Shown: positions 49,808-60,535 of the stretch, one piece after another
How the letters are laid out: every line of letters begins with the position of its first letter
Numbering within the stretch: position 1 is the stretch's first letter
Origin: a virus
Virus record (IMG/VR): IMGVR_UViG_3300046168_000070
Location: 64,001-128,000 of that record
Reading direction: 5' to 3' (one strand)
Length of the DNA stretch: 64,000 bases
Position numbers and translations under genes: made by a program
The notes under the pieces: generated by a model
What the model was told of the DNA's origin: nothing
Database searches by the model: none
What the model saw: the letters and a program-made list of their open reading frames with translations, nothing else

Positions 49808-51772
49808 ATGGCTAAAAGAAAATATACTAAGAAATCTGAATACTGGAAAAAGTTTGACCAAAGTCAACCTTTGGACAATATAATGATATCAAATTCTGCT
49901 CAATGGTCTCCAGAGTTATCTGGAGAAGGATTTTACCAATCGATAGCGAGTGAATACAGTAGAGGTGGTAAAGTCGATACCCAAACAAGAAAGAATCGAG
50001 CGGCTTTAGGCACAAAGGCTTCTAAATACGAAAACATTCATAAGGGGCTGCTTCCATACCATTTCAGCGCAGAAGGGATACATATCAGAGAAGCTATTGA
50101 ATTGTGCCAAAAAGCTTACTGTAATATTTCTATATTTAGAAACGCAATTGATATTATGTCTGAATTTGCTAATGCAGAAATTATGCTAGAGGGCGGTAGT
50201 GAAGTTGCTAGAAATTTTATACAAAAATGGTTTGACAAAATTAACTTATGGTTTTTAAAAGATCAATTTTTTAGAGAGTATTATCGATCAGGAAATGTTT
50301 TCCTATATACCTTAGAAGGTAAAATTGATTTAAATGATTTGAGAAGATCTTACAGAACAGAGATTCTTGGACTCAAAGGTAAAATTCCATTAAGGTATAT
50401 CATCCTAAATCCATATGACATCGTAAGAAGGCATAGCTCTTCATTTTCTGACTCTTTGTATGAAAAGATATTAAGCGAGTATGAGATAGAAAGGCTAAAA
50501 AGCCCAAAGAACGATTTAGATAAGCAAATATTTGAATCCTTGTCTCCTGAGGCTAAGAAGAAAGTTAAGGACAATGCTTACTTGAGGGATGGTGTGAAAG
50601 TCCCTCTTGATCCTAAATATCTTAGATACTGCTTTTATAAAAAACAAGATTATGAGCCATTTGCTATTCCATTTGGATTTTCTGTTTTAGACGACATTAA
50701 CTTTAAGCTAGAGCTTAAAAAAATTGATCAAGCTATTACTAGAACAATCGAAAATGTGATACTCTTAATCACAATGGGGGCTGAGCCAGACAAAGGAGGA
50801 GTCAATCCAACTAACATGGTGGCTATGCAAAAGCTTTTTCAAAATGAAAGTGTTGGCAGGGTTTTAGTCAGTGACTATACAACTAAAGCACAATTTGTTA
50901 TACCAGAAATTAATAAGGTTTTAGGTGCTGAAAAATATGAGATTGTCAATCAAGATATCAAGGAAGGCTTGCAGAATATAATTGTTGGCCAAGAAAAATT
51001 CTCAAATACTGCAGTTAAGGCTGAAATATTCCTAGAAAGGTTAAAAGAGTCGAGGAATGCATTTTTAAAGCAATTTCTTCAGCCAGAAATTAATCAGATT
51101 TGCAAAAACTTAGGAATGAAATCTATACCCCAAGCAAAATTTGAAGAAGTGAATGTTAAGGATGAAACACAACTTCAAAGAGTAACTACAAGATTAATGG
51201 AGATAGGAATACTGACTCCGCAGCAAGGTGTAGACGTTATGAAAACTGGAGTATTCCCAGAATCAAAAGAGATTTCGCCTGCTCAAGAAAAATTTGTAGA
51301 AGAGAGAGAAATGGGGTACTACAATCCTTTAGTAGGTGGAGTACCTATGATTGAAGGAGAAACTTCAACTCAGACACCTAAGTCTGCTGGTAGACCAACT
51401 GGCACGTCAGGAATTCCGAAAGAAGCTGCCGCTAAAGAAACGTATGGCAGAACAGATATACAAAATGTAGTATATGCAACTGAGCAATTCACAGAAGAAG
51501 CTAAGAAAATATTAAAAACTCATAAAAAAATAAAAAGATTAAATAAAGGGCATCAAAAACTTATAAGTGAATTATGTTCTAAAATAGTAGTATCTTCTGA
51601 GCAAGAAAATTGGAATAAAAACTTTGAAAGCGTTGTCAAAGATTCTGAAAAGATTATGGATTTAAATACTTTAGAAGGCGTAGATAAAATATGCTTAGAG
51701 CATCAAATAGAAGAATACCCAGCTGCACTACTATATCATAGTAAAAAAAATAAAAGCAAAAAATCTGTGTAA
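49808..51772 (+). CDS. portal protein
   Basis: after TerL; LCQKAY..IFRNAIDIMSEF, FFREYYRSGNVF; GTGTAA 49792. Confidence 0.7.
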   Translation: MAKRKYTKKSEYWKKFDQSQPLDNIMISNSAQWSPELSGEGFYQSIASEYSRGGKVDTQTRKNRAALGTKASKYENIHKGLLPYHFSAEGIHIREAIELCQKAYCNISIFRNAIDIMSEFANAEIMLEGGSEVARNFIQKWFDKINLWFLKDQFFREYYRSGNVFLYTLEGKIDLNDLRRSYRTEILGLKGKIPLRYIILNPYDIVRRHSSSFSDSLYEKILSEYEIERLKSPKNDLDKQIFESLSPEAKKKVKDNAYLRDGVKVPLDPKYLRYCFYKKQDYEPFAIPFGFSVLDDINFKLELKKIDQAITRTIENVILLITMGAEPDKGGVNPTNMVAMQKLFQNESVGRVLVSDYTTKAQFVIPEINKVLGAEKYEIVNQDIKEGLQNIIVGQEKFSNTAVKAEIFLERLKESRNAFLKQFLQPEINQICKNLGMKSIPQAKFEEVNVKDETQLQRVTTRLMEIGILTPQQGVDVMKTGVFPESKEISPAQEKFVEEREMGYYNPLVGGVPMIEGETSTQTPKSAGRPTGTSGIPKEAAAKETYGRTDIQNVVYATEQFTEEAKKILKTHKKIKRLNKGHQKLISELCSKIVVSSEQENWNKNFESVVKDSEKIMDLNTLEGVDKICLEHQIEEYPAALLYHSKKNKSKKSV

Positions 51773-51780
51773 TGCTTTGT

Positions 51781-53388
51781 ATGAAAGCTCCTTTTAAATA
51801 TAAAACAACTTTTTCGCAGAGCTCGCTAGCTTCGCTTGAAATTGAGTCTGAAGAAGGTATCTCAACTGCTTCGCTAAAACCTCTTTTACCCCTCATCCCT
51901 GAAAATGTAAATCTTGAAAGAAATCTAGACTTGCTGGGTGTTGCTTTTAATGCTGCGGTTGCAAACAAATTTAATAATAATGGTGATGGAATTGAAACAG
52001 CGACAGCTGTAGCCATTAAAGATTATTTTATACACAAACCTGCGAACCTCGAGCACAATAGAGAGAATATAGTAGGCCATATTGTAAATGCTGGATTATC
52101 TGAATACAATTCTCAGTCTGGTAACTTGCTTGATGAGAAGGAAGTCGCTGGAACAAACGAGGCATTTAATATAGCTTTAGCGGCAGTAGTGTATAAAATA
52201 GCTAATCCTTCATTCGCTCAGTTGGTAGAAGATAGCGGAGACGAAGACTCGGATAACTATCAAGTAGTTTCTGCTAGCTGGGAGCTTGGTTTTAATAAGT
52301 ATTATATTGCATTAGGCAGTGATGACCTTAAGGAAGCTGAACTTATTACGGATGAAAACCAAATTAAAGAATTTTCACAATACTTGATTACTCAAGGAGG
52401 AGTAGGTAAAACTGAAGACGGAGTAAAAGTAAGCAGGTTGGTAATCGGAGATGTTTATCCTTTAGGAATTGGTTTTACCGCTAAACCAGCCGCCGATGTT
52501 AAAGGCGTCATTCATTATAACGATGATGACAAGGAAGAACAAAATAGCTTGGCATCGTATCCAAAAACGGAAAAAATAGAAATTAATAAGACCTTTTTAA
52601 ACCCTTTTTTACAAAAAGAATATAAAAAAATTTCCCAGAATAATAAAAAAGGGGTAATCTTACAAGATAACACAAAATTTAACATTATGGAATCACAAGA
52701 ATTAATTCAAGAATTCAAATCTGCATTAGCCGAGCACAAGTTCGACAAGGAAGCAGTCGCTTCTATGACAGAAACATTCACTCAAGCTATCAAGCAAAAA
52801 GATGAAGAGTATTTGTCAAACGTCGAAGCAGCAAAAAATGCGGAGGCAGAATTATTGAAGCAGCAAGAAGAGCTCAAGGCTTCTGTAGAAAAACTTCAAA
52901 CCGAGCTTAAAGAAGCTCAGTCTGCAGTTGAATCTTTAGAAGCTGAGAAGACTCAAGAGCTTATCAAAGCTACCTTCAATGAAAGAATGGGTGCCCTTGA
53001 TTCTGAGTACGATCTAGAAGACGAAGACAAAAAGATTGTTGCTTCAGAGTTGAACGAACTTGACGTATCTGCTGAATCATTTGCTGATTATAAGGCTAAG
53101 TTCGAAAAAGTGTGGCAGCACAAAAATAAAGCTTTCATTGAAGAGCAAGCGAAAGCTTTTCAAGAAAAATTAAACGAAGCTGTTGAAGCTAAATTAAAAG
53201 AAGTTCAAACTAGTGAAGCGTCAGAAGTTGAATCAACTGAAGAAGTAACACCTGAAGAAGTTCTTGATAACGCCGAAGCTTCTAATGTAGAAATTTCAAA
53301 TTCAAGCGAAACATTGTCTGAAGAGCCAGAAACTCTTACTGAGAGATTCCAAAAAGCTTTCAAAGACAACGTTGTTGTAAAATACTAA
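51781..53388 (+). CDS. prohead protease with C-terminal scaffold coiled coil
   Basis: NNNGDG...KPANLEH...IVGHI...SASWE...GIGFTAKPAA; acidic heptad tail; GTGTAA 51767 (its TAA is the portal stop). Confidence 0.75.
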   Translation: MKAPFKYKTTFSQSSLASLEIESEEGISTASLKPLLPLIPENVNLERNLDLLGVAFNAAVANKFNNNGDGIETATAVAIKDYFIHKPANLEHNRENIVGHIVNAGLSEYNSQSGNLLDEKEVAGTNEAFNIALAAVVYKIANPSFAQLVEDSGDEDSDNYQVVSASWELGFNKYYIALGSDDLKEAELITDENQIKEFSQYLITQGGVGKTEDGVKVSRLVIGDVYPLGIGFTAKPAADVKGVIHYNDDDKEEQNSLASYPKTEKIEINKTFLNPFLQKEYKKISQNNKKGVILQDNTKFNIMESQELIQEFKSALAEHKFDKEAVASMTETFTQAIKQKDEEYLSNVEAAKNAEAELLKQQEELKASVEKLQTELKEAQSAVESLEAEKTQELIKATFNERMGALDSEYDLEDEDKKIVASELNELDVSAESFADYKAKFEKVWQHKNKAFIEEQAKAFQEKLNEAVEAKLKEVQTSEASEVESTEEVTPEEVLDNAEASNVEISNSSETLSEEPETLTERFQKAFKDNVVVKY

Positions 53389-53413
53389 AATTTATTAATT
53401 AAAGGAAATCAAA

Positions 53414-54040
53414 ATGGGACTAAGAATATTACCATTCAGACAGTACGACGAAAACGATGTTATTAATCTTTTTGCTGCCAAAAGCGGTCAAGAAGTTGAT
53501 AATCTCGATGATGCCCTAGGCACTGCAAAAGTGCATGGCGGAGTTTTCGTTCAAGTTGAAGTCGGAGACCTTAATAACGATCCAATTGAATATGGAGCTG
53601 ATTCCTACTTGGGCAAGACTGATTACCCCCATATAGGTGCCAACCAATATCCAACTGTTCCGCATAAGGTCGAACTCGCAGACGGATCCTCTAAAGCATT
53701 AGGGATCACTCTTAACCAAGTCGCTAAAGCTGACGAGAATGGAGAGAAGCTTCTCTATTATCCTCAAAAAGCTTTAGAAAATCACGCAGTGCTTCCTGGT
53801 CAAGCAGTACCTGTAGCTCGTAAGGGTATCTTTACTCTTCACGAATCTGCATTTGATGTTGCTGACTGGGGTACAGATGCCGCTATCGGAAATACGCTTG
53901 TCGTTACTAGTGACGGACAAGTTTCTGGACAGGCTGCTGCAGACGTTAGTGGTGTAGGAACCGTTCTCGCTACTGGATCTCGCTCAGAACCTCTTGGTTC
54001 TCTTAGCGGAAATTACGCAATTTGTGCAATTGATTGCTAA
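53414..54040 (+). CDS. putative head decoration protein
   Basis: between scaffold and capsid genes; SD AAAGGA; ALGITL..VPVARKG pattern. Confidence 0.5.
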   Translation: MGLRILPFRQYDENDVINLFAAKSGQEVDNLDDALGTAKVHGGVFVQVEVGDLNNDPIEYGADSYLGKTDYPHIGANQYPTVPHKVELADGSSKALGITLNQVAKADENGEKLLYYPQKALENHAVLPGQAVPVARKGIFTLHESAFDVADWGTDAAIGNTLVVTSDGQVSGQAAADVSGVGTVLATGSRSEPLGSLSGNYAICAIDC

Positions 54041-54061
54041 ACTAAAGGAGAAATTACGAAA

Positions 54062-55174
54062 ATGAATATTACATTAAAAAGAACAGAAGAGCAAGTTGAA
54101 CTCGTAAAAGCAATGGCTTCGAAAAATCGCGAAACCGCATATGAGGCTCAAGCAGCTCTAGCAGCTTTCTTGGCTCCAGTGTTGGCAGAAGTAATTAACA
54201 ATGCTCCTACTTTGAGTAACTTGTTTCAAACTTTATCTTTCGATGCAGATGATAATCCAAGTATTCCATTGGATCTTTACTATGACGTAGAGGATGAAGA
54301 TTACATCCAGGTTTACAGCCAGTCTGTACCAGGTGGTCTTCCAACCAGTCAAGTACAACCTAGCTTCAGCGAAATGAAGGTAACTACTTACAATCTTGAT
54401 AGCGCAGTATCTTTCGACAAGAAATATGCAGCAAAATCTCGTCTTGATGTAGTTGGTAAAACCTTTACTCGCGTTGCTCAAGAGCTTTTGCTTAAGCAAG
54501 AGCGTACTTCGGCTAACTTGATCATGGGAGCTTTGAAAAAAGCCGAAACCAATGGTCAAAAACACGTTATTGACTGCTCTGTAGACAAAAGAGTTATGCT
54601 TGACGATTTTAATCGCCTTATGACTCTTGCTAAAAGAATCAACACTTCTTACAGTGGCGGAACCCCAACTGATCGCAGAAGTGGAGTTACAGACCTTATT
54701 TGTTCACCAGAAGTAGTACAAGAGCTTCGCTCCTTGGCCTACAACCCAGTGAACACAAAAAATGCAGCTGGAACTGATGCTGTTGCAGGTAATCCTCCGA
54801 TTGCTGCTACTGACGATATGCGTGAAAGCATTTATAACAATGCTGGAATTCCTGAGTTCTATGGCGTTTCCATTATGGAAATCAATGAGCTTGGTGATGG
54901 TCAAAAGTACAACAAGATCTATAGCACAATTTCTGGTTCAGCTTTAAGCAGTGGCGAAGAAATTATTCTTGGTCTTGATCGTAGCCGTGACTCTCTCATG
55001 AGAGTTCTTTCTCGCGACTCTGAGAGTGGCGCTGAAATGAGCCTTGTCGCAGATGATCAGTACAGTGTTCGTCAGCAAAAAATCGGATACTATGGATCCC
55101 TTGAAGAAGGACGCGTCATCCTTGATGATCGTGCTCTTTACGGATTGGTCGCTTCAGGCCTTACTGGAATTTAA
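54062..55174 (+). CDS. major capsid protein
   Basis: 370 aa, strong SD AAAGGAG, position, followed by terminator. Confidence 0.75.
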   Translation: MNITLKRTEEQVELVKAMASKNRETAYEAQAALAAFLAPVLAEVINNAPTLSNLFQTLSFDADDNPSIPLDLYYDVEDEDYIQVYSQSVPGGLPTSQVQPSFSEMKVTTYNLDSAVSFDKKYAAKSRLDVVGKTFTRVAQELLLKQERTSANLIMGALKKAETNGQKHVIDCSVDKRVMLDDFNRLMTLAKRINTSYSGGTPTDRRSGVTDLICSPEVVQELRSLAYNPVNTKNAAGTDAVAGNPPIAATDDMRESIYNNAGIPEFYGVSIMEINELGDGQKYNKIYSTISGSALSSGEEIILGLDRSRDSLMRVLSRDSESGAEMSLVADDQYSVRQQKIGYYGSLEEGRVILDDRALYGLVASGLTGI

Positions 55175-55202
55175 TTCCCCAAAACTTAACCCTTAACCAA
55201 AG

Positions 55203-55226
55203 AAGCTCGCTACGGCGAGCTTTTTT
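55203..55226 (+). terminator. intrinsic terminator after capsid gene
   Basis: AAGCTCGC-TACG-GCGAGCTT plus T-run. Confidence 0.9.
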
Positions 55227-55289
55227 GTTTTCTATTAAACTTGAAAAAAGTGTATATTCATTGTATAATAAAAAGGAAAGGTAAAAGGT

Positions 55290-56187
55290 ATGAAAAAAAC
55301 AAACACAAAGAAGAGTTCGCCAAAAGCTCAGTCAAAAGCTTCTAAGAAGCCTAAGAAAAATTTGATCGAAGAATTACAATCTATGGAACAAACTACAGGT
55401 AAAGAATACATTCAGAAAACTAAAGAGCTTGAAGACATTCTTGGAGTAAAAGAAGTTAATCCATTCAAAACAGCAAATGCAAGCGTATTCCAAGAAAACT
55501 TGTCAGAAATGACTCTTGTAGATATGCAGTCATTAGCAGTAAGAGTCGGCGTAATGCCTTCAGCTAATCGCACTAATTTAAAAAAGAGATTAATGAAGGA
55601 GTTTGAGCACAGAAATAAATCTAGAACAATTATCGGAGGAGCTGATTCTAGGCAGGTTGGGCTTAACACAAACAGCCCTGACTTTAAGGAAGTATCTAAA
55701 ATATTAAGAGAGGGAATGTAAATTGAGTAATATAGGAGATTTAGCTCAGGAAATATTTGATCATGAATTTGATTCAGACACAGAAGTTGCTACAGTATCT
55801 TCTATTTCTGGATGGTTAGACTCTCATATAGGCAATCTTAATACTATGATACATACATCCTTTGATGTTGTCAATGGTGTTATTGAGCCTGAAGCTGACT
55901 TCAAAAATGAAGAAAAAGCTATATATCGAGCGATGTACCTAAAAAACTTCAACTCATCAATGTCTCGAAAAACTCTGCAGGGAGCCACTAAATCAAGCGA
56001 CTTTATACAAATACGTGACTCCGATGGCTCGATGATCGTAAGACCCAATAAGAACACTGCAGCGGGCGCATACAGATCTTTAGCTAGCGGTTATGATCAA
56101 GAACTAAAAGAATTGGTTTCTGCATACCTTTCTTTTGAAAGCAAGCCAATACAAGTTGCAGGAAACGACGCTCCATCAAGCCAATAA
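55290..56187 (+). CDS. two hypothetical proteins (55290-55721; 55723-56187 possible head-tail adaptor)
   Basis: position after capsid gene; TTGAAA-17-TATAAT and a GTGTAT upstream. Confidence 0.55.
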
Positions 56188-56201
56188 GTGTAATTTAGAA
56201 T

Positions 56202-57668
56202 GTGGACAGAACATACAACACTAGCTTACAAGGCCTTACAACTACTTGGCCACAAAGAAACGGTCAATACTTAGCTCCTGATTACGGTTATTCTGCTTCG
56301 TATGAAGGAGCTATCCGAATGTTTAGTTACGGAGATGGTTTTTATGCAATTTCGCCTAAAGGTGTAAATAATATAACGTTTTCTCTATCTTTAAATTATA
56401 GTAATTTGCACGATAGTGAAGCTAGGCAAATTATAGATTTTTTAGAGACTTCTAAGGGCCTTGATTTTCCCTTTGTTCCTCCTGACCCATTTTGCAAAAA
56501 AAATATATTTAGATGCGTAGGATTTTCTCATACTTTTAATAAAGAGAATTTAAATAATATATCTATCAATTTAAAAACAAACAAGCAGAGCTCTTTAAAT
56601 ATAGAGTCCGCTGTCCCTAGTTCGTCAGAAACGTTATTGGACGCTCCTCGAGCTACAGAATCACATACTATGTATTTATCAATTAATTCTGATAGTGTGT
56701 CGAACTTTTTACCATCAAATAGTGCAGAACATTATAAAAATTATTCTGATTATTGTAAAATAGGCTATAAAGAATACTTGAGAAGTATATTCACTAGAGA
56801 AGAGATGTTAAAGGTTTTGAATAATGATTTTACTGATGGTATTTTAAGTCTTCCCTGGTATACAATGGGGCTTATAGAAAGAGCTGCTTTAGACACTTAT
56901 GGGATGCCTGATAGTACCAACGATGTCAGATCAATACATCCTGGTTATTATGATCCTCCTAGCTCAACTGATAATAACTCTAAGCCTTTTGAAATCAGAG
57001 TTGTTCCTTGGACGCAACCTTTTGGGTATCATACGCCTGATGACACTCTTTACGCTACCTCGATATACGTAATCAATGGGCTAAACTATCTTTCGCAGTG
57101 GGCCTACCCTAAGGATATAGTAGTATTTAAGCCTGATTATGAAGCGCAGACTTTTGATAAATATTATTATTGCAAGAAAAGTCATTTTGCAAGGCCGCTA
57201 CAGAGCGCTTTCAATTCTTGGCTAGACGGATCAAGTTTAGATACTGGCAGTGGTACATGGGTAGATGATCACAGAATTCCAGGTAGTACCGATGAAAGAC
57301 ATTGGACTAAAAACTTTTTTTGGGAACCTAGTTACGCCTCTACAATTTCTCAACAATCAAGAATACTAAGTAAGGTTTATGATGGAGAAAAAGTCGAGGT
57401 TCTATCTGACGGAAGAAATACAAACCCGCTAGTATTCGATGTTCAGTTTAATAACAGAGACGATAGAGAAGCTTATGCAATTTTACATTTTCTCGAAAAT
57501 AGAAAAGGTTATGTCCGCTTTAAATGGGATTCTGTACCAGAAATTTATGATGTCGCAGATAGATACTTTCTATGCAATGCTTGGAGTTTTTCTAAAAGAT
57601 ATATAGACAATAACTCTATCAAGGCTACTTTTATTGAAGACGCGCTTGGGGCTGATTTAGGTTATTAA
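56202..57668 (+). CDS. minor tail protein with two lambda gpM/Dit-like domains
   Basis: repeats PDYGY..FSYGDG..KGVNN..IIDFLE..G..FPFVPP and PSY..DG..DGRN..ILHFLE..KG..FKW; GTGTAA 56188. Confidence 0.7.
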   Translation: MDRTYNTSLQGLTTTWPQRNGQYLAPDYGYSASYEGAIRMFSYGDGFYAISPKGVNNITFSLSLNYSNLHDSEARQIIDFLETSKGLDFPFVPPDPFCKKNIFRCVGFSHTFNKENLNNISINLKTNKQSSLNIESAVPSSSETLLDAPRATESHTMYLSINSDSVSNFLPSNSAEHYKNYSDYCKIGYKEYLRSIFTREEMLKVLNNDFTDGILSLPWYTMGLIERAALDTYGMPDSTNDVRSIHPGYYDPPSSTDNNSKPFEIRVVPWTQPFGYHTPDDTLYATSIYVINGLNYLSQWAYPKDIVVFKPDYEAQTFDKYYYCKKSHFARPLQSAFNSWLDGSSLDTGSGTWVDDHRIPGSTDERHWTKNFFWEPSYASTISQQSRILSKVYDGEKVEVLSDGRNTNPLVFDVQFNNRDDREAYAILHFLENRKGYVRFKWDSVPEIYDVADRYFLCNAWSFSKRYIDNNSIKATFIEDALGADLGY

Positions 57669-58636
57669 CGAACAGATTCTTTGATTGTCACAGTACCTTC
57701 CATAAAGCCATTCTGGCTAATGGATATTTCTTGGGTATCTATTTGACCAGCAATTGTTAATACTCGATTAATTTCTTGCCCAGGTTGATTCTCTGCACCA
57801 ATTGCTTTTAATAAAATGCTAATTGTGGCATTTCTTTTATCATGACCCTTAAAGTCAATAACCTTCCCAATATCTTCGCCTTGAACAGTAACCTCTCTAT
57901 TTATGTTACCGAGATTAACTTCTACGGGATGTTTTTTGCCTACTACATAAATAGGTATTCTCTCATACGATTCTGTCCAGCTAATAGACACTGGGTGCTC
58001 AATTCCAATGGTTGCTCGATTATAACCATTTAATTCAGTCGTAACGTGATTCTGAGTGTTTAGTGGAGTTATGCTTATATCTGGTTCAGCAGGAGGAACT
58101 GCAGGGGTAAATGTACCCCCCTCTAACTCATCTGGATTAGTTGTGCCTATATTTCTGTAATCATCATTCACGCTAGCTGTTGAGCTGCCATCTCTGTCTG
58201 ATGTCATTTTATAAATAGAGAAATCAGCGCTTATACTTGCTGGTTTATAAGGCTCTAATGTTAAATTAAAAGAATTAAGATATGTTTGCCCAAAATTAAA
58301 ACCCGCCAACCTTCCGTACAACTCATCCGCTTCCCCAGTTTTACTTATAATTTGATCGCTATTACCGTTTAAATAAAAATCTGTATTTAAGCTCGCAGTG
58401 AGTGGAGCGTCAGGGAAATATCTATGCAGTTGAGATTGTCCTAAAGTCCTCATTGGAGGAACTGAGGCTGATACTTGTAGGCCAGCGCTTGTTGAATAAA
58501 TATAATCGTTTGCGCTTGCATTAACTGGATAGTCTGGATAGTCTGCAGCGTTAGCTCTAGAGTGATAGCTCGTGCCAACCGCTCCTATATAAAGCGGTGT
58601 TTCTGTATATCTATAGAAACTTCTTTGGTTACTCAT
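57665..58636 (-). CDS. tail tube/hub-like protein
   Basis: beta-rich duplicated pattern (YLNSFNLTLEPYKPASISADF; SISWTESYERIPIYVVG); GTGTAA 8 nt upstream. Confidence 0.5.
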   Translation of the reverse strand: MSNQRSFYRYTETPLYIGAVGTSYHSRANAADYPDYPVNASANDYIYSTSAGLQVSASVPPMRTLGQSQLHRYFPDAPLTASLNTDFYLNGNSDQIISKTGEADELYGRLAGFNFGQTYLNSFNLTLEPYKPASISADFSIYKMTSDRDGSSTASVNDDYRNIGTTNPDELEGGTFTPAVPPAEPDISITPLNTQNHVTTELNGYNRATIGIEHPVSISWTESYERIPIYVVGKKHPVEVNLGNINREVTVQGEDIGKVIDFKGHDKRNATISILLKAIGAENQPGQEINRVLTIAGQIDTQEISISQNGFMEGTVTIKESVR

Positions 58637-58649
58637 ATTCTATATTACA

Positions 58650-59156
58650 CTAAATTACCTTGGCTACCACCTTTATTTGTTGAGTATTCCAATTTTTCCA
58701 ACCCCAATTCCCGTTAGCCTCAAGTTTTATAACACCATACGAAGGAAGTTGAACCGTAACTGTATTCGCTTCTATGCCTTGTATTTGTGCGCCCCAAAAT
58801 TGCGCCCCCAAGGAAGTGGGGGGATTAGTCGGTTGTAAATCTACTCTTACAGAGTTTCCACCGCCATCTGTATCTCTGGCGAACAACGAAAATATAAGAT
58901 CGTCAGTGCCTAAGTTATGGGTAAAAGATAGGGTGGCGTTATTAGCTACAAAAGTAAGACCAGCATAGTTAACCCATCCGCTGCTCCAGCCTGCTGAGTT
59001 TGATGAGTTTGATGAGTTCGATGATACATATGTGAGCAAGTCTGAAATTTTTACATTCTGAGTAGTCCCGTCTGCCTTAGCTACTAACAACAAATCATTT
59101 TCACCTATTGAAGATGTTGTATTTAAATCCCTTACTTTTATACTTTCGATTGACAT
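58650..59156 (-). CDS. tail fibre-associated protein
   Basis: KVRDL..NDLLLV..TQNVKISDL N-terminal module; FTHNLG. Confidence 0.55.
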   Translation of the reverse strand: MSIESIKVRDLNTTSSIGENDLLLVAKADGTTQNVKISDLLTYVSSNSSNSSNSAGWSSGWVNYAGLTFVANNATLSFTHNLGTDDLIFSLFARDTDGGGNSVRVDLQPTNPPTSLGAQFWGAQIQGIEANTVTVQLPSYGVIKLEANGNWGWKNWNTQQIKVVAKVI

Positions 59157-60523
59157 ATCTTTTCTAATTCTTTAATTCTTTTTTCTTGATCTTTTATACA
59201 CTCTATTAGTAATGGTATTATACTATTATATTTTACACTTTTAAAGCCATTTTCTTTATCTTTTACAGCTTCTGGCAAAACAAGCTCTACTTCTTGAGCA
59301 AGCACACCGTAATCTTTACCAGAATATTTTGGCTGCATTTCTTCTTTCCAGTCAAAAGATATTCCATTTATTTGTTTTATTTTATTTATCGGACTATCTA
59401 TTGTTTGGATGTTTTCCTTAAGTCTTTGGTCAGAGGCGCTATAGTATGCAACAACATCATTATAACAGAGCAGGTCTCCACTGGCGTCAATTTCTACACT
59501 CTTACTTCCTGATGTATAAAAACATATACTATCTAAATCTGAACTTTCTTCTGTTGTTATATAAGTATCATTGTCTGCATCGGATATTCCTGTTAATAAG
59601 TCTGTGGTTGCGAAATCTCCCGTTTGACCCGTAGTGACAAACACACCAGTTTCTCCAGTAGTTACAAAATCTCCCGTTTGACCTGTAGTGACGAAAACGC
59701 CAGTTTCTCCAGTACTTACAAAATCTCCTATTTCTATTCCAGTTAATACGGGAACACCGCTAATCGTGAGTTCTTGGCTGAAGCCTCCTATTTGTCCTGT
59801 TGTGGTGCCAAAAATTCCACTAGTTCCTTTAAGATTATACCCACTAATATCGCCTGTGGTGGAGATATCAGTCACAGATTCTACAAACATTTCTCCTGTA
59901 ACATAAAGATTTCCTCCAATAGCTAAATCTCCAGTAACTCTAAAATCATGAAAAAATCCACTGGCACCACTCAATTGTTCTTCTGAATATATTAAATTAG
60001 AGCTTCCTGTGAATGATGAGCCGCTTTTGTATTGAATTGAGAAGTCGGGCCCACTAACGGTTGTCGTGGAGTTAGAAAATGGAGACCATGCGTTATTGAC
60101 GTAACCTTCAAATTGACCAAGTTCTGTATTGTATCTCATTAAGCCATTTGTTGGAGTTGGTCTTTGGGCGGATGATCCTGCGGGGAATTTAATCCCATCA
60201 GATGTAAAGATTCCTAATCCGTAATTTATCGGAGCAGAAAGATTTAATGGATTTATATTAATCCCTGATTTATTTACAATTGCAGGAGTAAGTCCGTCGC
60301 AAGTTATCGAAGCAGTATTATCTCCAGTGTGAACGCTAAATTTGGTGTCGCCATCTAGATCTTCTATCTCTATATATTTTTTTAATTTATTTATAGATAT
60401 TTTTGAAGTCCGTGCGGCGTTAGAGGTTTCAGCGCCTGATTCAGTTATGACTAAAAAATCAGTTGATTCATTTGTGAAATCATCTGAAAATGTAGGTAAA
60501 CCTCTTATTTTAACATTAGCCAT
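59138..60523 (-). CDS. tail fibre with C-terminal intramolecular chaperone (Peptidase S74)
   Basis: SDQRLKENI..GISFDWK..GVLAQEVE..YNSIIPLLIECIK; RP..GLMRYNT; VTTG(E/Q)TG repeats. Confidence 0.85.
   Translation of the reverse strand: MANVKIRGLPTFSDDFTNESTDFLVITESGAETSNAARTSKISINKLKKYIEIEDLDGDTKFSVHTGDNTASITCDGLTPAIVNKSGININPLNLSAPINYGLGIFTSDGIKFPAGSSAQRPTPTNGLMRYNTELGQFEGYVNNAWSPFSNSTTTVSGPDFSIQYKSGSSFTGSSNLIYSEEQLSGASGFFHDFRVTGDLAIGGNLYVTGEMFVESVTDISTTGDISGYNLKGTSGIFGTTTGQIGGFSQELTISGVPVLTGIEIGDFVSTGETGVFVTTGQTGDFVTTGETGVFVTTGQTGDFATTDLLTGISDADNDTYITTEESSDLDSICFYTSGSKSVEIDASGDLLCYNDVVAYYSASDQRLKENIQTIDSPINKIKQINGISFDWKEEMQPKYSGKDYGVLAQEVELVLPEAVKDKENGFKSVKYNSIIPLLIECIKDQEKRIKELEKICQSKV
59610..59730 (-). 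repeat. 27-bp-period coding tandem repeat
   Basis: encodes GDFVSTGETGVFVTTGQTGDFVTTGETGVFVTTGQTGDF. Confidence 0.8.
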
Positions 60524-60535
60524 ATATAGTATATA

